Shown: positions 14,415-27,834, numbered from the stretch's first letter. The stretch: DNA of 64,000 bases from Eledone cirrhosa (GCA_964016885.1 OZ024743.1:321966001-322030000), one strand, 5' to 3'. The notes: a model not told the origin generated them from the sequence alone. Program-made: numbers and translations.

Positions 14415-15017
14415 ACAATAATTAAATATACAAATAGATAAATGCCTTAACACTTCACACAAAGTAAAACATTTTGTTTTAATCATTTTCTAACCCAGAA
14501 AAAAGAGAGAGAGAAATAAAAAAGGAAGAAAATATATTTATATATTTTTCTTCCTAATAATAGTCTCTTTCTCCCTGTTTTCATATATATATATATATAT
14601 ATATATTAATGGTAATAAGGTAGTAATAAGTTACTGACCTTCACTGTTTAGGGTTTAAAATATACATAACTATAAAAAGTTTTAGTATATACATAACCAT
14701 AAATAGTATCCTAAATATTATGTAAGTATGTATGTACTTATACATGCATATATACAAAATCCATTCTTATCGATCTAAATGGTTTAAGAGTTGAAGACCA
14801 AAACCGTAGACACAGCATCCCTCACGAAACCAAACCAATAAATAGGTAAAACGTAAAGTCTGTAACATTACATAAACATATAGATGGCAATCGTAGTGAA
14901 ACGAAATTAAAATGGACACACACGCTCATTCAAACACACATAGACATTATAAAATAGAACAAGACATACTATCCCCACTTCTCCGAATAACTTGATGTAT
15001 TAAACAATTATATATAA

Positions 15018-15212
15018 GAGCGGTGGATTGGCAGTATCGGTAGATGTAGGACAATATGATTTGCGACATATAGATACGTCCCTTTACATTCTGAGTTCAA
15101 ATACTGCCGTGGTTAGCTTTGCTATCCTTACGGACTCCATAAAATAACGTAGCAGTAACACAGAGGGCGTTGATTTAAAGAATTGGTGGCCTTGTGCCTA
15201 AATCAGAAACCC
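15018..15212 (+). mobile_element. SINE family A, diverged
   Basis: GCGGTGGATTGGCAGTATCGGTAGA..GAGTTCAAA..GGCCTTGTGCCTAAA. Confidence 0.75.
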
Positions 15213-15352
15213 TTATACAGTTATAGATATGAAGGTATCTATTAGGGAGCTCATTAATCATGGGTGTTGACTTTTCTGTTTAACATAAAATAAATTGGCA
15301 TGAGGCGTGATTAGATGTTTTGATGTGGTCTCTCGGTCTCGCTCCTGATAAG

Positions 15353-16070
<718 letters not shown>

Positions 16071-16317
16071 AGATGTTGACGTTGCATTAAAATATAAACA
16101 CACACCGCACATACACCCATATACAATCCCTACTCATACACACACAAACAGAAAAACACACACAAATAAAGCCGATTGTATCAAAATATTACTGTTAACA
16201 AATATATAGATATTATTTTTAGAAAAAATAATGTTATCTGAGAATAGTATATGCTTGTGAATGTATGTATATATAAGTGTGTGTGTCTGTGTGTGTATTT
16301 TATCTGTATTTATATAT

Positions 16318-17140
16318 ATTCTCGGGCGGGTAAAGTTGCCGAGATCCATGGACGAGTTCTCTCCAGCGGTCTCTGTCCCTAATTATCGCTGCCATGTCCT
16401 GCGTCTACAACAGACCAGTGTCTGTCCTTAGGGCATCAACATACGTTAACCTTGGTCTTCTCTTCCAGTGTGTCCATGTAGGGGCTCCCACAGGAGCACT
16501 GAGTGCAATGTCAACTCTGGATGTCGGTGAGCATGTCCAGCTAACCTCAATCTCCTCTGTGCCACTTTTGAGCTGACTTTTGGGAGGCTCCCATACAGCT
16601 CTGAGTTTTTCATCCTCAGTGTATACTGATTAATGTTCAGAGCCATCCTCAGCATTCTCGTGTAGCACTCATCCACCATCGGAGTGAGTTTCTTGGTCAG
16701 TGTCCAAGTCTCGGACCCGTACAGCAGCACAGACTCCACTACAGCAATGAAGAGGCGGATTTTCAGGTCTTTACGAAGGTCCGACTTCCACACCGATCTC
16801 AAGCTGTGGCACGCCGCCCAGGCTTTGCTCTTCCTCTCAACCACATCATCTTCCGTATTCCCAATCTTTTCTCCCAAATACAGGAAGTCGTCAACCAATT
16901 CTAGCGGCTTCCCGCCTACATTAGTGATCCCCTCTGGATTCTCAACATTCTCTACCAGATATTTTGTTTTAGTCTCATTCATTCTCAGCCCCACACTCAT
17001 CGACACAGTCTCCACCTCCTGCATCAAATTCTCTGCCTCCTTCACTGTATTTGTCACCAAAACTATGTCGTCGGCAAATTCAGCATCTGATACCTTTTTC
17101 GCTTTAACTCTGCTGCTCTGAGCCGGTGTTACAGTAAAGC
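16318..17140 (-). mobile_element. RTE-like LINE 3' fragment (RT C-terminal half)
   Basis: FADDIVLV, GLRMNETKTK, DFLYLG, VESVLLYGSETWTL, RRLRLAGH, LLWEP motifs; (TA)n at both ends. Confidence 0.9.
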
Positions 17141-17383
17141 ATTTATATATATATATTTAATACATTAACAGAGAAAGCCTTAAGCGATACTCTGACCAAC
17201 TCCATCTCACTCAACAAACATTAGGATATACCTAAGTATTCTCCCAAATCAGTATTTCGTGGATAGCTGGTTGTATTATTTTATATGAGACATAATTAAA
17301 TAAATATCTCTTTCCTTCCAGACGATCGTTTCGTTATAAGATTTCTACAATTTGGGATAAATAATGTCCAGGTTATGTAGAAA

Positions 17384-17553
17384 CTTGTATATAATCCATA
17401 GTATCAGTAATGCTCTAGGGTCAATTTAATCAACTTTCTCCAGTCCCCAAAATTGTTGGCCATTATTCTTGTATATAATCCATAGTATCAGTAATGCTCT
17501 AGGGTCAATTTAATCAACTTTCTCCAGTCCCCAAAATTGTTGGCCATTATTCT
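17384..17553. repeat. Perfect 84-bp tandem duplication of a SINE-like 3' segment
   Basis: CTTGTATATAATCCATAG..GGCCATTATT occurs at 17384 and 17468. Confidence 0.9.
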
Positions 17554-17817
17554 GAATGTACAGCTGGACAATCTACAATGAAGGTAGAAGCACAAAACAT
17601 CCTTATTTATCAAAGAAAAGTGTTGCAATAACATTATTGAAGGCCCAACATGTTCAGAGTTCTTGAAGTCGAAACAAGTGTTTATACAAGAATAGTGGAG
17701 TAAATACTTATACGTATGTGTGAGTTTATAGATATATATATAAACATCAGCATGATTCACTTTTCCACCATAGTGCCTGATTATTACTAGAATTCTATAA
17801 GAATCAAACATTCATGA

Positions 17818-17910
17818 TTTTCAGCAAACAGGTGGAGTACTTAGCTTTGATAAGTACCAAAAAGTACGAAACAGAGCTCTGTCAGCTTTATCTCCCCTGT
17901 TTGCTGAAAA
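17818..17910 (+). ncRNA. Type I hammerhead, U3-A8 core variant with long stem I
   Basis: AGCT-TTGATAA-GTAC caaaaa GTAC-GAAA-CAGAGCTCTG-TC-AGCT. Stem I is extended by TTTTCAGCAAACAGG/CCTGTTTGCTGAAAA across an internal loop. Confidence 0.82.
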
Positions 17911-18040
17911 TTTAAAGTAAGTGAGACTGTCACTACTCTAAAACAATAGCGTAAGGTCTTCGAAATGCTTTTAATTAAGCATACAGTGTATTGCAAAATA
18001 CACTATCTATACATTCATATATATATATATATATATATAT

Positions 18041-18185
18041 AAAGTTAATATATCTGAAGGTACAAGGTACCCCCAGAAATACATAGGTTGTCTATGATTC
18101 AAGGTGGTTCTATGGTAATAATTTGATATACCAGACAACCTATGTATTTCTGGGGGTACCTTGTACCTTCAGATATATTAACTTT
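18041..18185. repeat. Inverted repeat, ~53-bp arms
   Basis: AAAGTTAATATATCTGAAGG..GGTTGTCT pairs with AGACAACC..TATTAACTTT. Confidence 0.9.
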
Positions 18186-18400
18186 ATTCATATGCTCCGT
18201 TATGTAAAGAACAAATCTGTCGTTCTATCTAGCTGCTTATTTTTTTAGTGGCGACTATAGACAACAAGTCTACGATTTCCCGCCTTCACTTCACACCAGC
18301 GAACATACGGTCACTTTTACGACCTTTAGACTCGTGTCAGTTGGGGACGAGGTCATATATTTTATCGTTCCTGAGGTTTTTAACCCTAGGAAAGGAAAAT

Positions 18401-18481
18401 GCTTCTCTGATGATCTTTGTTTTTCCATTAATATCCATGTGATATCTAATGTTTTGCAAAGTGAAACTGTACAGTAAGGGC
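18401..18481 (+). ncRNA. Type I hammerhead motif
   Basis: TTCT-CTGATGA-t-CTTTG..CAAAG-t-GAAA-CTGTACAG-TA-AGGG; palindromic stem III, GUA triplet, weak stem I. Confidence 0.72.
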
Positions 18482-18659
18482 TATCTGAATAGATAAATAT
18501 TTATATTATATTTTTTTAATTTTGATTAATTTTAATTGTAAATTAATTTTGATTTATTTTGAAAAATTGGTTGAATTTTGCTTGTTCTGCTTATCTTGGT
18601 ATATATATATATATTTGTTTTGCGAGGTTTTTGATATGAAATCGTGTGTCGAAACAAAT

Positions 18660-19136
18660 GTTGTTATACTTGGGGAGGGTCATATTGTTGTAATAATATT
18701 GCCAGAAATAATAACAGAACACTCACTGTTTGGCTGGTTTTCGCTTCTGTACCTTTTTTATCTCCATAGTTAATTTATTTGACAATCAATGTTTATCATT
18801 GATTGATCAACGGTTAAAAATACGGATATAAATATATATATATAGTCTAACAAAGTTCTTTCGTTGCGTAAACACAACACAATAGGAATAAACATGATAA
18901 TAGTACCACTGATGATGTTGCAGATGTGCAACGAAAGAACTTTGTTAGACTATATATCACGTATATATATTATATCTGTATTTTTTAACGTTGGTCAGTC
19001 AATGATAAACATTGATTGCAAAATAAATTAACTATGGAGATATAAAGATACAGAAGCGAAAACCAACCAAACAGTGAGTGTGTTCTGTTAGTATTTCTGG
19101 CAATATTATTACATCAATATGACCCTCCTTAAGTAT

Positions 19137-19140
<4 letters not shown>
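18660..19140. repeat. Inverted repeat, ~210-bp arms; dispersed family also at 13724-14110 and 27335-27541
   Basis: 18660-18868 pairs with 18927-19140; shared ATGACCCTCCCCAAGTATAAC and GTGTGTCGAAA motifs. Confidence 0.88.
18900..18953 (+). ncRNA. Minimal hammerhead-like motif (paralogue at ~13818-13870)
   Basis: CTGATGA-t-GTTGCA gatg TGCAAC-GAAA-GAAC-TT; stems I and III imperfect. Confidence 0.55.
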
Positions 19141-19200
<60 letters not shown>

Positions 19201-19205
<5 letters not shown>

Positions 19206-19509
19206 TATACACTGAGGATGAAGAACTCAGGGCTGTACGGGAGCCTCCCAAAAGTCAGCTCAAAAGTGACACAGAGGAGACTGAGGTTAGTTGGACATGC
19301 TCACCGACATCCAGAGTTGACATTGCACTCAGTGCTCCTGTGGGAGCCCCTGCATGAACACACTGGAAGAGGAAGACTGAAGTTAACATATGTTGATGCC
19401 CTAAGGACAGACACTGGTCTGTTGGAGACGCAGGATATGGCAGCGATAATTAGGGATAGAGACCGCGGTAGAGAACTCGTCCATGGATCTCGGGAATTTT
19501 ACCCGCCCT

Positions 19510-19511
<2 letters not shown>
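19201..19511 (+). mobile_element. RTE-like LINE extreme 3' fragment, same family as 16318-17140
   Basis: QYTLRMKNS..LYGSLPKVSSKVTQRRLRLVGHAHRHPE matches the reverse complement of 16320-16630; embedded in (TA)n. Confidence 0.9.
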
Positions 19512-19544
<33 letters not shown>

Positions 19545-19590
19545 TAGATATATGATAAATGGGTTCATATCATACACACACAGATGTGTG

Positions 19591-19626
<36 letters not shown>

Positions 19627-19753
19627 TGTGTGTGATATATGCATATATATATATAAATATACATGGGTGTGTATGATTGTGTATAGAAGATTATATTAAT
19701 AAGAGGAATTCCAACTTTGTGAAAATTGCAAACTTGACTGTCACCACAAATTA

Positions 19754-19792
19754 TGAACCTGAAGATTGCGAAAGCGTGAAAGTACTTGTTCA
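19754..19792 (+). ncRNA. Minimal type I hammerhead motif
   Basis: TGAAC-CTGAAGA-t-TGC gaaa GCG-t-GAAA-GTAC-TT-GTTCA. Confidence 0.75.
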
Positions 19793-19910
19793 ATTAACAC
19801 TTAGAATTTAATATTCTATCATACTATTTCATTATAATACCATTATAAATTTTAAAGGATTGTAAATAAAACGAGTAAATCAGACAAAGTTGGAATTCCT
19901 CTTATTAATA

Positions 19911-20035
<125 letters not shown>

Positions 20036-20049
20036 GTAGATAGATAAAT

Positions 20050-20092
<43 letters not shown>

Positions 20093-20111
20093 TATAGATA
20101 GATAGATAGAT

Positions 20112-21587
20112 ATATTTCTTTTATTTGCCACTAGGGCATCAAAAGTGGGACAAGTACAAAGGGGGGAGTTTACACAAAAAGGCGTCCTCAATAAGGAGGA
20201 GGCAATAACAAAATATAAAAATAAAATAAGATATAACAAAAAATAAAATTTTTAACAAAATCCTCAATAGAGAGGAGGCGCCTTGGGGGGTCGCACACAC
20301 CCCCGAAAAAAGTGTGCAACCCTTCTCCTCAGGAGCACAGAGAAGGGGTGCTCCCTTGGTCTTTCATCTTCCTCACCTATAGTCTGATGTAGAGTGAAGG
20401 CCCATTCACACGGGCCATTCTCGCCACTTTCACCCATCTTTCATAGAAACGGCTGGGGTGCAGCACCTCTCTCTCCATCCTGATCCTTCTTCCGAAATGA
20501 TATCGGAAGAAACGGACCAGTTGTTGGCCAGAGAGAAAGGTGCCCGACCTCAGTCCTTTCAGACGCGTCCACCATACAACCTCTTTCGCCATGGCTATTA
20601 CGCACAGAAACACCGCCTCTGCTTCATCTTTGAAGGGGGGAGGCGGCTTGATCATTACAATAGACTCGGTGGTCAACCGGATCGGTCCCACCCTTGACAG
20701 CAGTTGTTCGACATAGCCCCACAGATCGGCTACGCCCGAGCAGTGTACTAATGCGTGTGCAACGGTTTCCTCGTCGCACACGCATCTGGGACAGATCTTT
20801 TTGGCGGGGTCCCTACCCGGGCGCCCGTGTCTGTAGAGCCTTTCTCGAACGGGTAAAGCCCCTCGGTAGCACTGCCAGGCCAGGGACTTCTGGAAGTTGT
20901 CCATAGGTCCCGGGCTGAATGTCCTACCGAACAGGCTGGCCAGTTCGTCCTCCTCCATGTCTAGGGCTTCTCCGAGGGCGTCGTCGCACCTGCTGCGTAC
21001 CAGCCCTCTATAGAATGTTGCGGTGGAGTCTCCACTGATAACCGGATCCGCCTGCCAGAGGGCGGTGAGCGCCTGGGCACACTCAGTGTGCCAGGCGCCC
21101 AGTTTTCTCGGTCTTTGCTTGACCCAGGATTGCAGCTCGGTGAGTGAGACGAGTCTGGGAAAGGTTCGTCTCACAAACGAGGCCCACACCGGTTGTCCGG
21201 TGAGGAATACGTAGAGGTGCCGTAGCCTTAATGCGTGTTTACGCATCATTAGCCACGGCATCCCCAGCCCTCCTTTCGAAGGGTGTTGACAGCAGATGGA
21301 TCTCCTCACCATAGGAGCCCGCCTCTTCCAAAGGAATTGGAAGAGCGCGCGCTCCATCTTGGTGAGGGTTTCCCTTGGGCAGGGCACTACGGTCAGGCGG
21401 TAGTAGATGACGGACGCTATGTAGGTGTTCGCCACCTCCGCCCGACCTTTCAGGGATAGTTTGCAACTGGCCCACTTCTGGGTCAGTGCAAACACCCTGT
21501 TCGTAACCTCCGCCCAGTTTTTCTCCACCTGGAGGTCCGGTCCGAACCAGACCCCGAGCAACTTCACCGGGCCCTCCGTCCAGCGTC
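20112..21587 (-). mobile_element. Second, shorter 5'-truncated copy of the same Tx1-like element (ORF fragment 20377-21567 still open)
   Basis: Highly similar to 21632-23113, with the same 3' UTR, AATAAA and (TATC)n tail; the 5' end abuts a (GATA)n run at 21588. Confidence 0.93.
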
Positions 21588-21621
<34 letters not shown>

Positions 21622-21906
21622 GTATATAGATAATAATTTTCTTTTTATTTGCCACCAGGGCATCAAAAAGTGGGACAAGTACAATGGGCGGGGGGGGGGG
21701 GAGTTTACATAACAAGGCGTCCTCAATAAGGAGGAGGCAATAACAAGATATAAAAATAAAATACAACATAAAATAAATTTTATAACAAAATCCTCAATAG
21801 GGAGGAGGCGCCTTGGGGGGTCGCACACACACCCGAAAAAAGTGTGCAACCCTTCTCCTCAGAAGCACAGAGAGGGGGTGCTCCCTTGATCTTTTATCTT
21901 CCTCAC

Positions 21907-22917
21907 CTATAGTCTGATGTAGAGTGAAGGCCCATTCACACGGGCCATTCTCGCCACTTTCACCCATCTTTCATAAAAACGGCTGGGGTGCAGCACCTCT
22001 CTCTCCATCCTGATCCTTCTTCCGAAATGATATCGGAAGAAACGGACCAGTTGTTGGCCAGAGAGAAAGGTGTCTGACCTCAGTCCTTTCAGACGCGTCC
22101 ACCATACAACCTCTTTCACCATGGCTATTACGCACAGAAACACCGCCTCTCCTTCGTTTTTGAAGAGGGGAGGCGGCTTGATCGTTACAATAGACTCGGT
22201 GGTCAACCGGATCGGTCCCACCCCTGACAGCAATTGTTCGACATAGCCCCACAGATCGGCAATGCCCGAGCAGTGTACCAATGCGTGTGCAACGTTTTCC
22301 TCGTCACACACGCATCTGGGACAGATCTTTTTCGAGGGGTCCCTACTCGGGCGCCCGTGTCTGTAGAGCCTTTCTCGAACGGGCAGAGCCCTTCTGTAGC
22401 ACTGCCAGGCCAGGGACCTCTGGAAGTTATCCATGGGTCCCGGGCTGAATGTCCTACCGAACAGGTTGGCCAGTTCGTCTTCCTCCATGCCTAGGGCTTC
22501 TCCGAGGGCGTCGTCGGACCTGCTAACCACCAGCCCTCTATAGAATGACGAGGTGGATTCTCCACTGACAGCCGGGTCCGCCTGCCAGAGAGCCGTGAGC
22601 GCCTGGGCACACTCGGTGTGCCAGGCGCCCAGTTTTCTCGGTCTTTGCTTGACCGACGATTGCAGCTCGGTGAGTGAGACGAGTCTGGGAAAGGCTCGCC
22701 TCACAAACGGGGCCCACACCGGTTGACCGGTGAGGAATACCTGGAGGTGCCGTAGCCTTAATGCGAGTTTACGTATCATTAGCCACGGCATCCCCAGCCC
22801 TCCTTTCGAAGGGTGTTGACAGCAGATGGATCTCCTCACTATAGGAGCCCGCTTCTTCCAAAGGAATTGGAAGAGTGCGCGCTCCATTTTTCTTTCTTTC
22901 CCTTGGGCAAGGCACAA
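21907..22917 (-). pseudogene. C-terminal (thumb / zinc-finger) portion of disrupted Tx1-like ORF2
   Basis: GGLGMP motif, ALPVRERL, CPRCVCDEE..HALVHC zinc finger; near-identical to 20377-21567. Confidence 0.88.
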
Positions 22918-24184
22918 CGGTCAGGCGGTAGTAGATGACGGACGCTATATAAGTGTTCGCCACCTCCGCCCGACCTTTCAGGGACAGTTTGCACTCGGCC
23001 CACTTCTGGGTCAGTGCAAACACCCTGTTCGTTACCTCACCCCAGTTCTTCTCCACCTGGAGGTCTGGTCCGAACCAGACCCCGAGCAACTTCACCGGGC
23101 CCTCCGTCCAGCGCCCGACGACGCCATAGGAGGGCATCGATCTGCCCCTCCACGTGCCGAGTTGCAGACCGATCGACTTGTCCCGGTTCAGCTTAGCCTC
23201 TGTAAACCTTTCGTACTCCTCCAGTAAGGTGCCGATCGCCCCGATTTCCGAGGCCGTCGACACCATTACTGTTACGTCGTCTGCGTAGGCTGACACCGCT
23301 TTCCGCAATCCCGGTTCCAACGGGATGCCCTGCAACAACTCCAACTTCCGCAGCAGTGGCTCTAGAGTCATTACATACAGAAGGGAGGAGAGAGGGCACC
23401 CTTGTCGGATGGAGCGCGCGATTTCGAACGGCTCCGAGAGGTAGCCGTTCACCTTGACCCTAGAGCAGATGCGGCTGCTGTGCATGGCAGTGATCCAACC
23501 CCTGAAAACGGGTCCGAAGCCTGCCGCCGCTAGCACCGCATCCAGGTAACCATGGTCGACCCTATCGAACGCCTTAGATTGATCCAAGTTGATCAGGGTT
23601 CCACCAAAGCCGGGTTCGTTCCCAACCCTCTCTATGATGTATCGCATGAGGTGGAGGTTGTCGTGGATGGACCTGGACGGGATAGCACATGTCTGCACAT
23701 CTCCCACCAGGTTGCCCACGACAAGCGCCAACCTCTTTGCTAGCACTTTGGCCAAAATCTGTAACTCTGTATTTAGCAGAGTTATGGGCCTGAAATTATT
23801 TATATCGTCCCCCTTGTTCTCGTCCTTCCTCACTAGCGTGACTACGCCCTTGGTCACAGCACAGGGAATTCTCCCGTTCTGTTGCCAGTTGCAGTAGACC
23901 GCCTCGAGGAAATCGGGGAACAAGTCCGGCATAGCTAGATATAGTTCGTATGGAAGACCATCGAGACCCGGGGATTTGCGTTTGCCGCATTGGCTCAGCA
24001 CGTCCTCTATCTCAGCGGCTGAAATCGGCTCCTCGCAGGACTTCGCCTCCCTGTCCGAGAGACGCGGCAGGCCGTCGATGTATGGACCGAAGTCCACTTC
24101 CCCAACCGGCTCCCCGCCCCTTCCGAACAATCTGGCAAAGTGCTTTTGAAAAGCCTCGCGCATCTGCTTAGGTTCAAGGATCAC
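22769..24184 (-). pseudogene. Reverse transcriptase portion of disrupted Tx1-like ORF2
   Basis: 471-aa ORF with the full set of non-LTR RT motifs including YADD; continuous with 24181-24904 and 21907-22917 only through frameshifts. Confidence 0.9.
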
Positions 24185-24904
24185 CTGTCCATCCTGGACC
24201 GGATAGTGGATCTACTCCCTCTTTTGGCTTCTGTCACGCGGGCCCAGCTAACAGCTTTGGTCCCCTCGTTTCCTAGAGTACGTATTTTGCTTCGGACGAT
24301 GCAGCCTTCGTGTTTCGCGTCGAAGAACTGGCCCAAGGCCGTTCTCGACGCTAGCACTCTGGCCACGTCGCCGCTTCTAATTGCCTCTTCTACACTATCT
24401 ACCAACTCCCTTTCCTTCCTATTTCTATTTGAGGCTAACTCCTTACTAAATTCTATAGAGACTACTCTAATCTCTCTTTTGAGAGATCCCCACCACCTGC
24501 TGTTGACGATGGCGCCCGTCAACCGCTCCTTAACTAAAGTGCTAATCCGGTCCCTGTAAGCCTTACTTGCCGGTAAGGACAGGTTGAGCTTCCAGTAACC
24601 GGGTCCCTGTCTATGCGTTCTGTCAAGGTTGACCATGCAGGTCACTAACTTGTGGTCTGAATAGCCAACCATGAGCATTTTTGGACAACTTAAAAAGTCC
24701 TTATCCTTAATTCTAACTAAGAACCTATCTAGGTACGACCTAGATGATCCGCTACGATTTGCCCAAGTCCAGGTTGGCGCAGTCGGAAAATCTAGTCGAT
24801 ATCTATCGGCTAGGTCAAATCGACCGATTAACCCTTTGAGGCTATTACACCCCTCTCTATTGGGACAGGCCCCTACGTAGTCCCAGCGTGCATCTAGGAT
24901 ACCA
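24181..24904 (-). pseudogene. APE endonuclease C-terminus and linker of Tx1-like ORF2 (5'-truncated)
   Basis: Open frame GILDARWDY..TWTWANRSGSSRSYLDRFLV..GYSDHKLV..GPGYWKLNLS. Confidence 0.85.
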
Positions 24905-25529
24905 TAGATAGATATGCATACATACTTATATGCGTGTGTGTATACATATCGAGTATGGCCATTGCACGATATACCATTATTAATAATTATTAATTGATTC
25001 TATCGTGCAATGCCTGTGCGTGAAGATTTTTTTTTAAGTGAGGAAAGACTGTGCACTGAGCCAATCCCACTCTCTGAGCAACAGTAGCTATAACCCGAAA
25101 AGAAGAAAAGATCAACATCATCGGTAACTACTGAGCCGCAGGTTTTATATCGGAGTTATCCCAGTTTCCTGAGTTGCCTTCTCCTAGTAGAATGCCCTGA
25201 CAAAGGCTAGGGATCCTTAACTCCCAGTGGTTTAACCGCGCGGTACATGTGTATATACATATTTACACACTTTTGGATGGCCGTTGACTTTTATGAGTTC
25301 TTCCGCCCTTTGTCAGGTTTTGTTACATACATACATGGTGGCTGCCAACTCGTTTTCGAGTACGGCCACTACTTTATATCCATGTAGGAGAACCCCTACC
25401 GATGCGCTGAACGAGTGGTACAAACACTACATGTCAAGGCAGAATTCTAGAAGGAAAACTTTGATATAACACCTGCAACCCTGATGGTATCCAATGATGT
25501 TGACATACATACATACATACATACATACA

Positions 25530-25560
<31 letters not shown>

Positions 25561-25753
25561 TCATATTGCAGTGATAATATAGATAAAATCAGTGAATCAG
25601 TGCTGTTAGTACTCAAGTGTCAAAAGATCCGTCAATAGGAGAATTACTGGAGCACTACGTGAAATACTTTCTTATACTTTGCTTCATTGCTTCCATTCTT
25701 TGTGTCTTGAGTTCAAATTCCGCCTAAGTCGTTTGGGGATCGATGAAATAAAG

Positions 25754-26083
25754 GAGATGTTCTCAAACTGTTCGGCACCCACCCACTCCGCCAGATAATA
25801 CCCTCAGCGCCCCACCCCGACTTCCAGATAGACCTGCCTACATGCAAATTGTAAATAATATATAAAATCGTTAATTTATATGTAATAAATAATATAATAT
25901 ATACTATGTATAAATAAGTATCGTGTATTTTTTTTATTTTATTATATTTATATATAATATGTATAATTTGATATTTAATATACTATTATATCTTCGCTAC
26001 CACACTTACACCACCCTCTTAGGCCCAAGTGCACCCTGAACCGTTCCAACCGTGTGGCGGTAACGCCAACTTTGAGAAACGTT
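25754..26083. mobile_element. hAT-like MITE interrupting a family A SINE (25640-26170)
   Basis: TGTTCTCAAACT / ACTTTGAGAAACG termini; SINE body resumes on both sides with a possible decayed TSD (AAATAAAG/AAATGAG). Confidence 0.5.
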
Positions 26084-26635
26084 GAAATGAGTATCAGTCC
26101 ATCACTGGCGTCAATATAATTGACTTACCCCTCCCCAAATTTCCTGGCCTTGTGTAAAAAATTAGAATTTGCTAATAATATTACAAGAGCGTGTAAATTA
26201 GCAGAATCTTTAAAGCGTCTATCAGAATTCTTTGCGGCAATTCGTTACGGGCCTGCTGGAGTATTTCAAAAATAAAATTTTGTTCTGAGTTAAAATCCCG
26301 CTTGTCACTCAGAAGCAATGAATTTACCTATAAGCTAAATAAGCTATAGATTAGGGTCACACACCCTCGGGGGCTTCAATGTAGTCAAAGCCCTGCACCC
26401 TTTCCTTTCTTTTTCTGTCTCTTCGCTATTGTCTCTCTTTTTTTTTTTGTTTACCTAATAACTATTCCTCTTAGTTATTAACGCACTGGAGTGAGATGTA
26501 TTGTCTTTAATGCGTCGAAACATCATCGACCCACGACAGACAGCCGAAGAGCGGGATTTGTCCTTATGTTTGTGTTTCTCTTACGTTAATATTTATTAGT
26601 AAGCAAAGCAGACAGCGCCTTTGTCAATTTTAATT

Positions 26636-26694
<59 letters not shown>

Positions 26695-27284
26695 AGGGAG
26701 CGAGAGAGATTCATCTTTCAGATTTGGATTTATGTAATGCTTGGATGATTATGTCAAACAAGAAGACTTCAACTATTGTAACACCTGAAACCTCGCAAGC
26801 TTGCTAGTCTGTATAATGATTTTTGTTTTCTTTCACATCAAATGCTACATATCTATTTGACATATATACATAAAACAAATCTTTACCTATTTATATGTAT
26901 GTGTGTGCATTCAATTCAAAATATATGCGCTAGATTTGATTTCTACATCTCCTCTTCAAAAGTAATTTTATATCACATCAGAAGTACATACTTGAGTAAA
27001 TTGTTAGGAAAAAGAACGAGATGACCCAATGCCGAGTAGAAGACGGTATCATATCTGTATGAATGAATTATGTATTGTCAGGCAACAGACAATAAGCCTG
27101 TTATATACTTTATTTGAATTTCACATACACATTCATGGCATTTTTTATTCTACTTTTTTTTTGTGTCTTTTTCTATTGTAGTGAAAACTGTATCACTTAA
27201 AATATTATGATTTGATTCAAAGAATTGTTTGCTTGTATATACGTTGGTTTACATATATATATATATATACATACACATGCATGC

Positions 27285-27326
<42 letters not shown>

Positions 27327-27834
27327 GCATGTAATTATAAAAAATTGAAGTGAAAACCAACAGATGAGTGTGTTTTTATTGGCAGCATGATCATCCCAAA
27401 TTATAACTTAGTTTTTTTATTTGTTTTGCAAGATTTCTTATCTGAAAACGTGTGTTGAAACATATTGTTATACTTTTGGAGGGTCATGCTGCCAATAAAA
27501 ACACACTCATCTGTTGGTTTTCACTTCAATTTTTTATAATTTCCGGTTGGTTGGTTGGTTGGTTGGTTGGTTGGTTGGTTAGTTCGATGACCGGAAGGTT
27601 GTTTATATATTGTCAAAGCTCTTTTGTCACACATTCTGTGACCTCTTCAAGGACTAGGTTTGAATTCGTACGCCAGAACAAAGGAGAGCTTTTGACTCCA
27701 GAGTCGAGCCACATCGATACAGATTGAAACTTGAGCTGATCAATAGCGAAACGCGCGTCACAAATCAATAAACGTAATGAAAGCTTAACAAATCGTCCTT
27801 GTATTATTATATTATTATATTACACTCTGTCTAG

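Larger units (their letters stand above)
21632..24904 (-). mobile_element. Tx1/L1-clade non-LTR retrotransposon, 5'-truncated (APE C-terminus, RT, CCHC finger, 3' UTR), frameshifted
   Basis: Minus-strand translation gives APE motifs SYLDRF..SDH and GYWKLN, RT motifs SPGLDG, NFRPITLLN, LDQSKAFDRV, QGCPLS and YADD, and a C-terminal CPRC..HALVHC. The 3' UTR has AATAAA followed by (TATC)n. Frameshifts near 24184 and ~22890. Confidence 0.93.
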
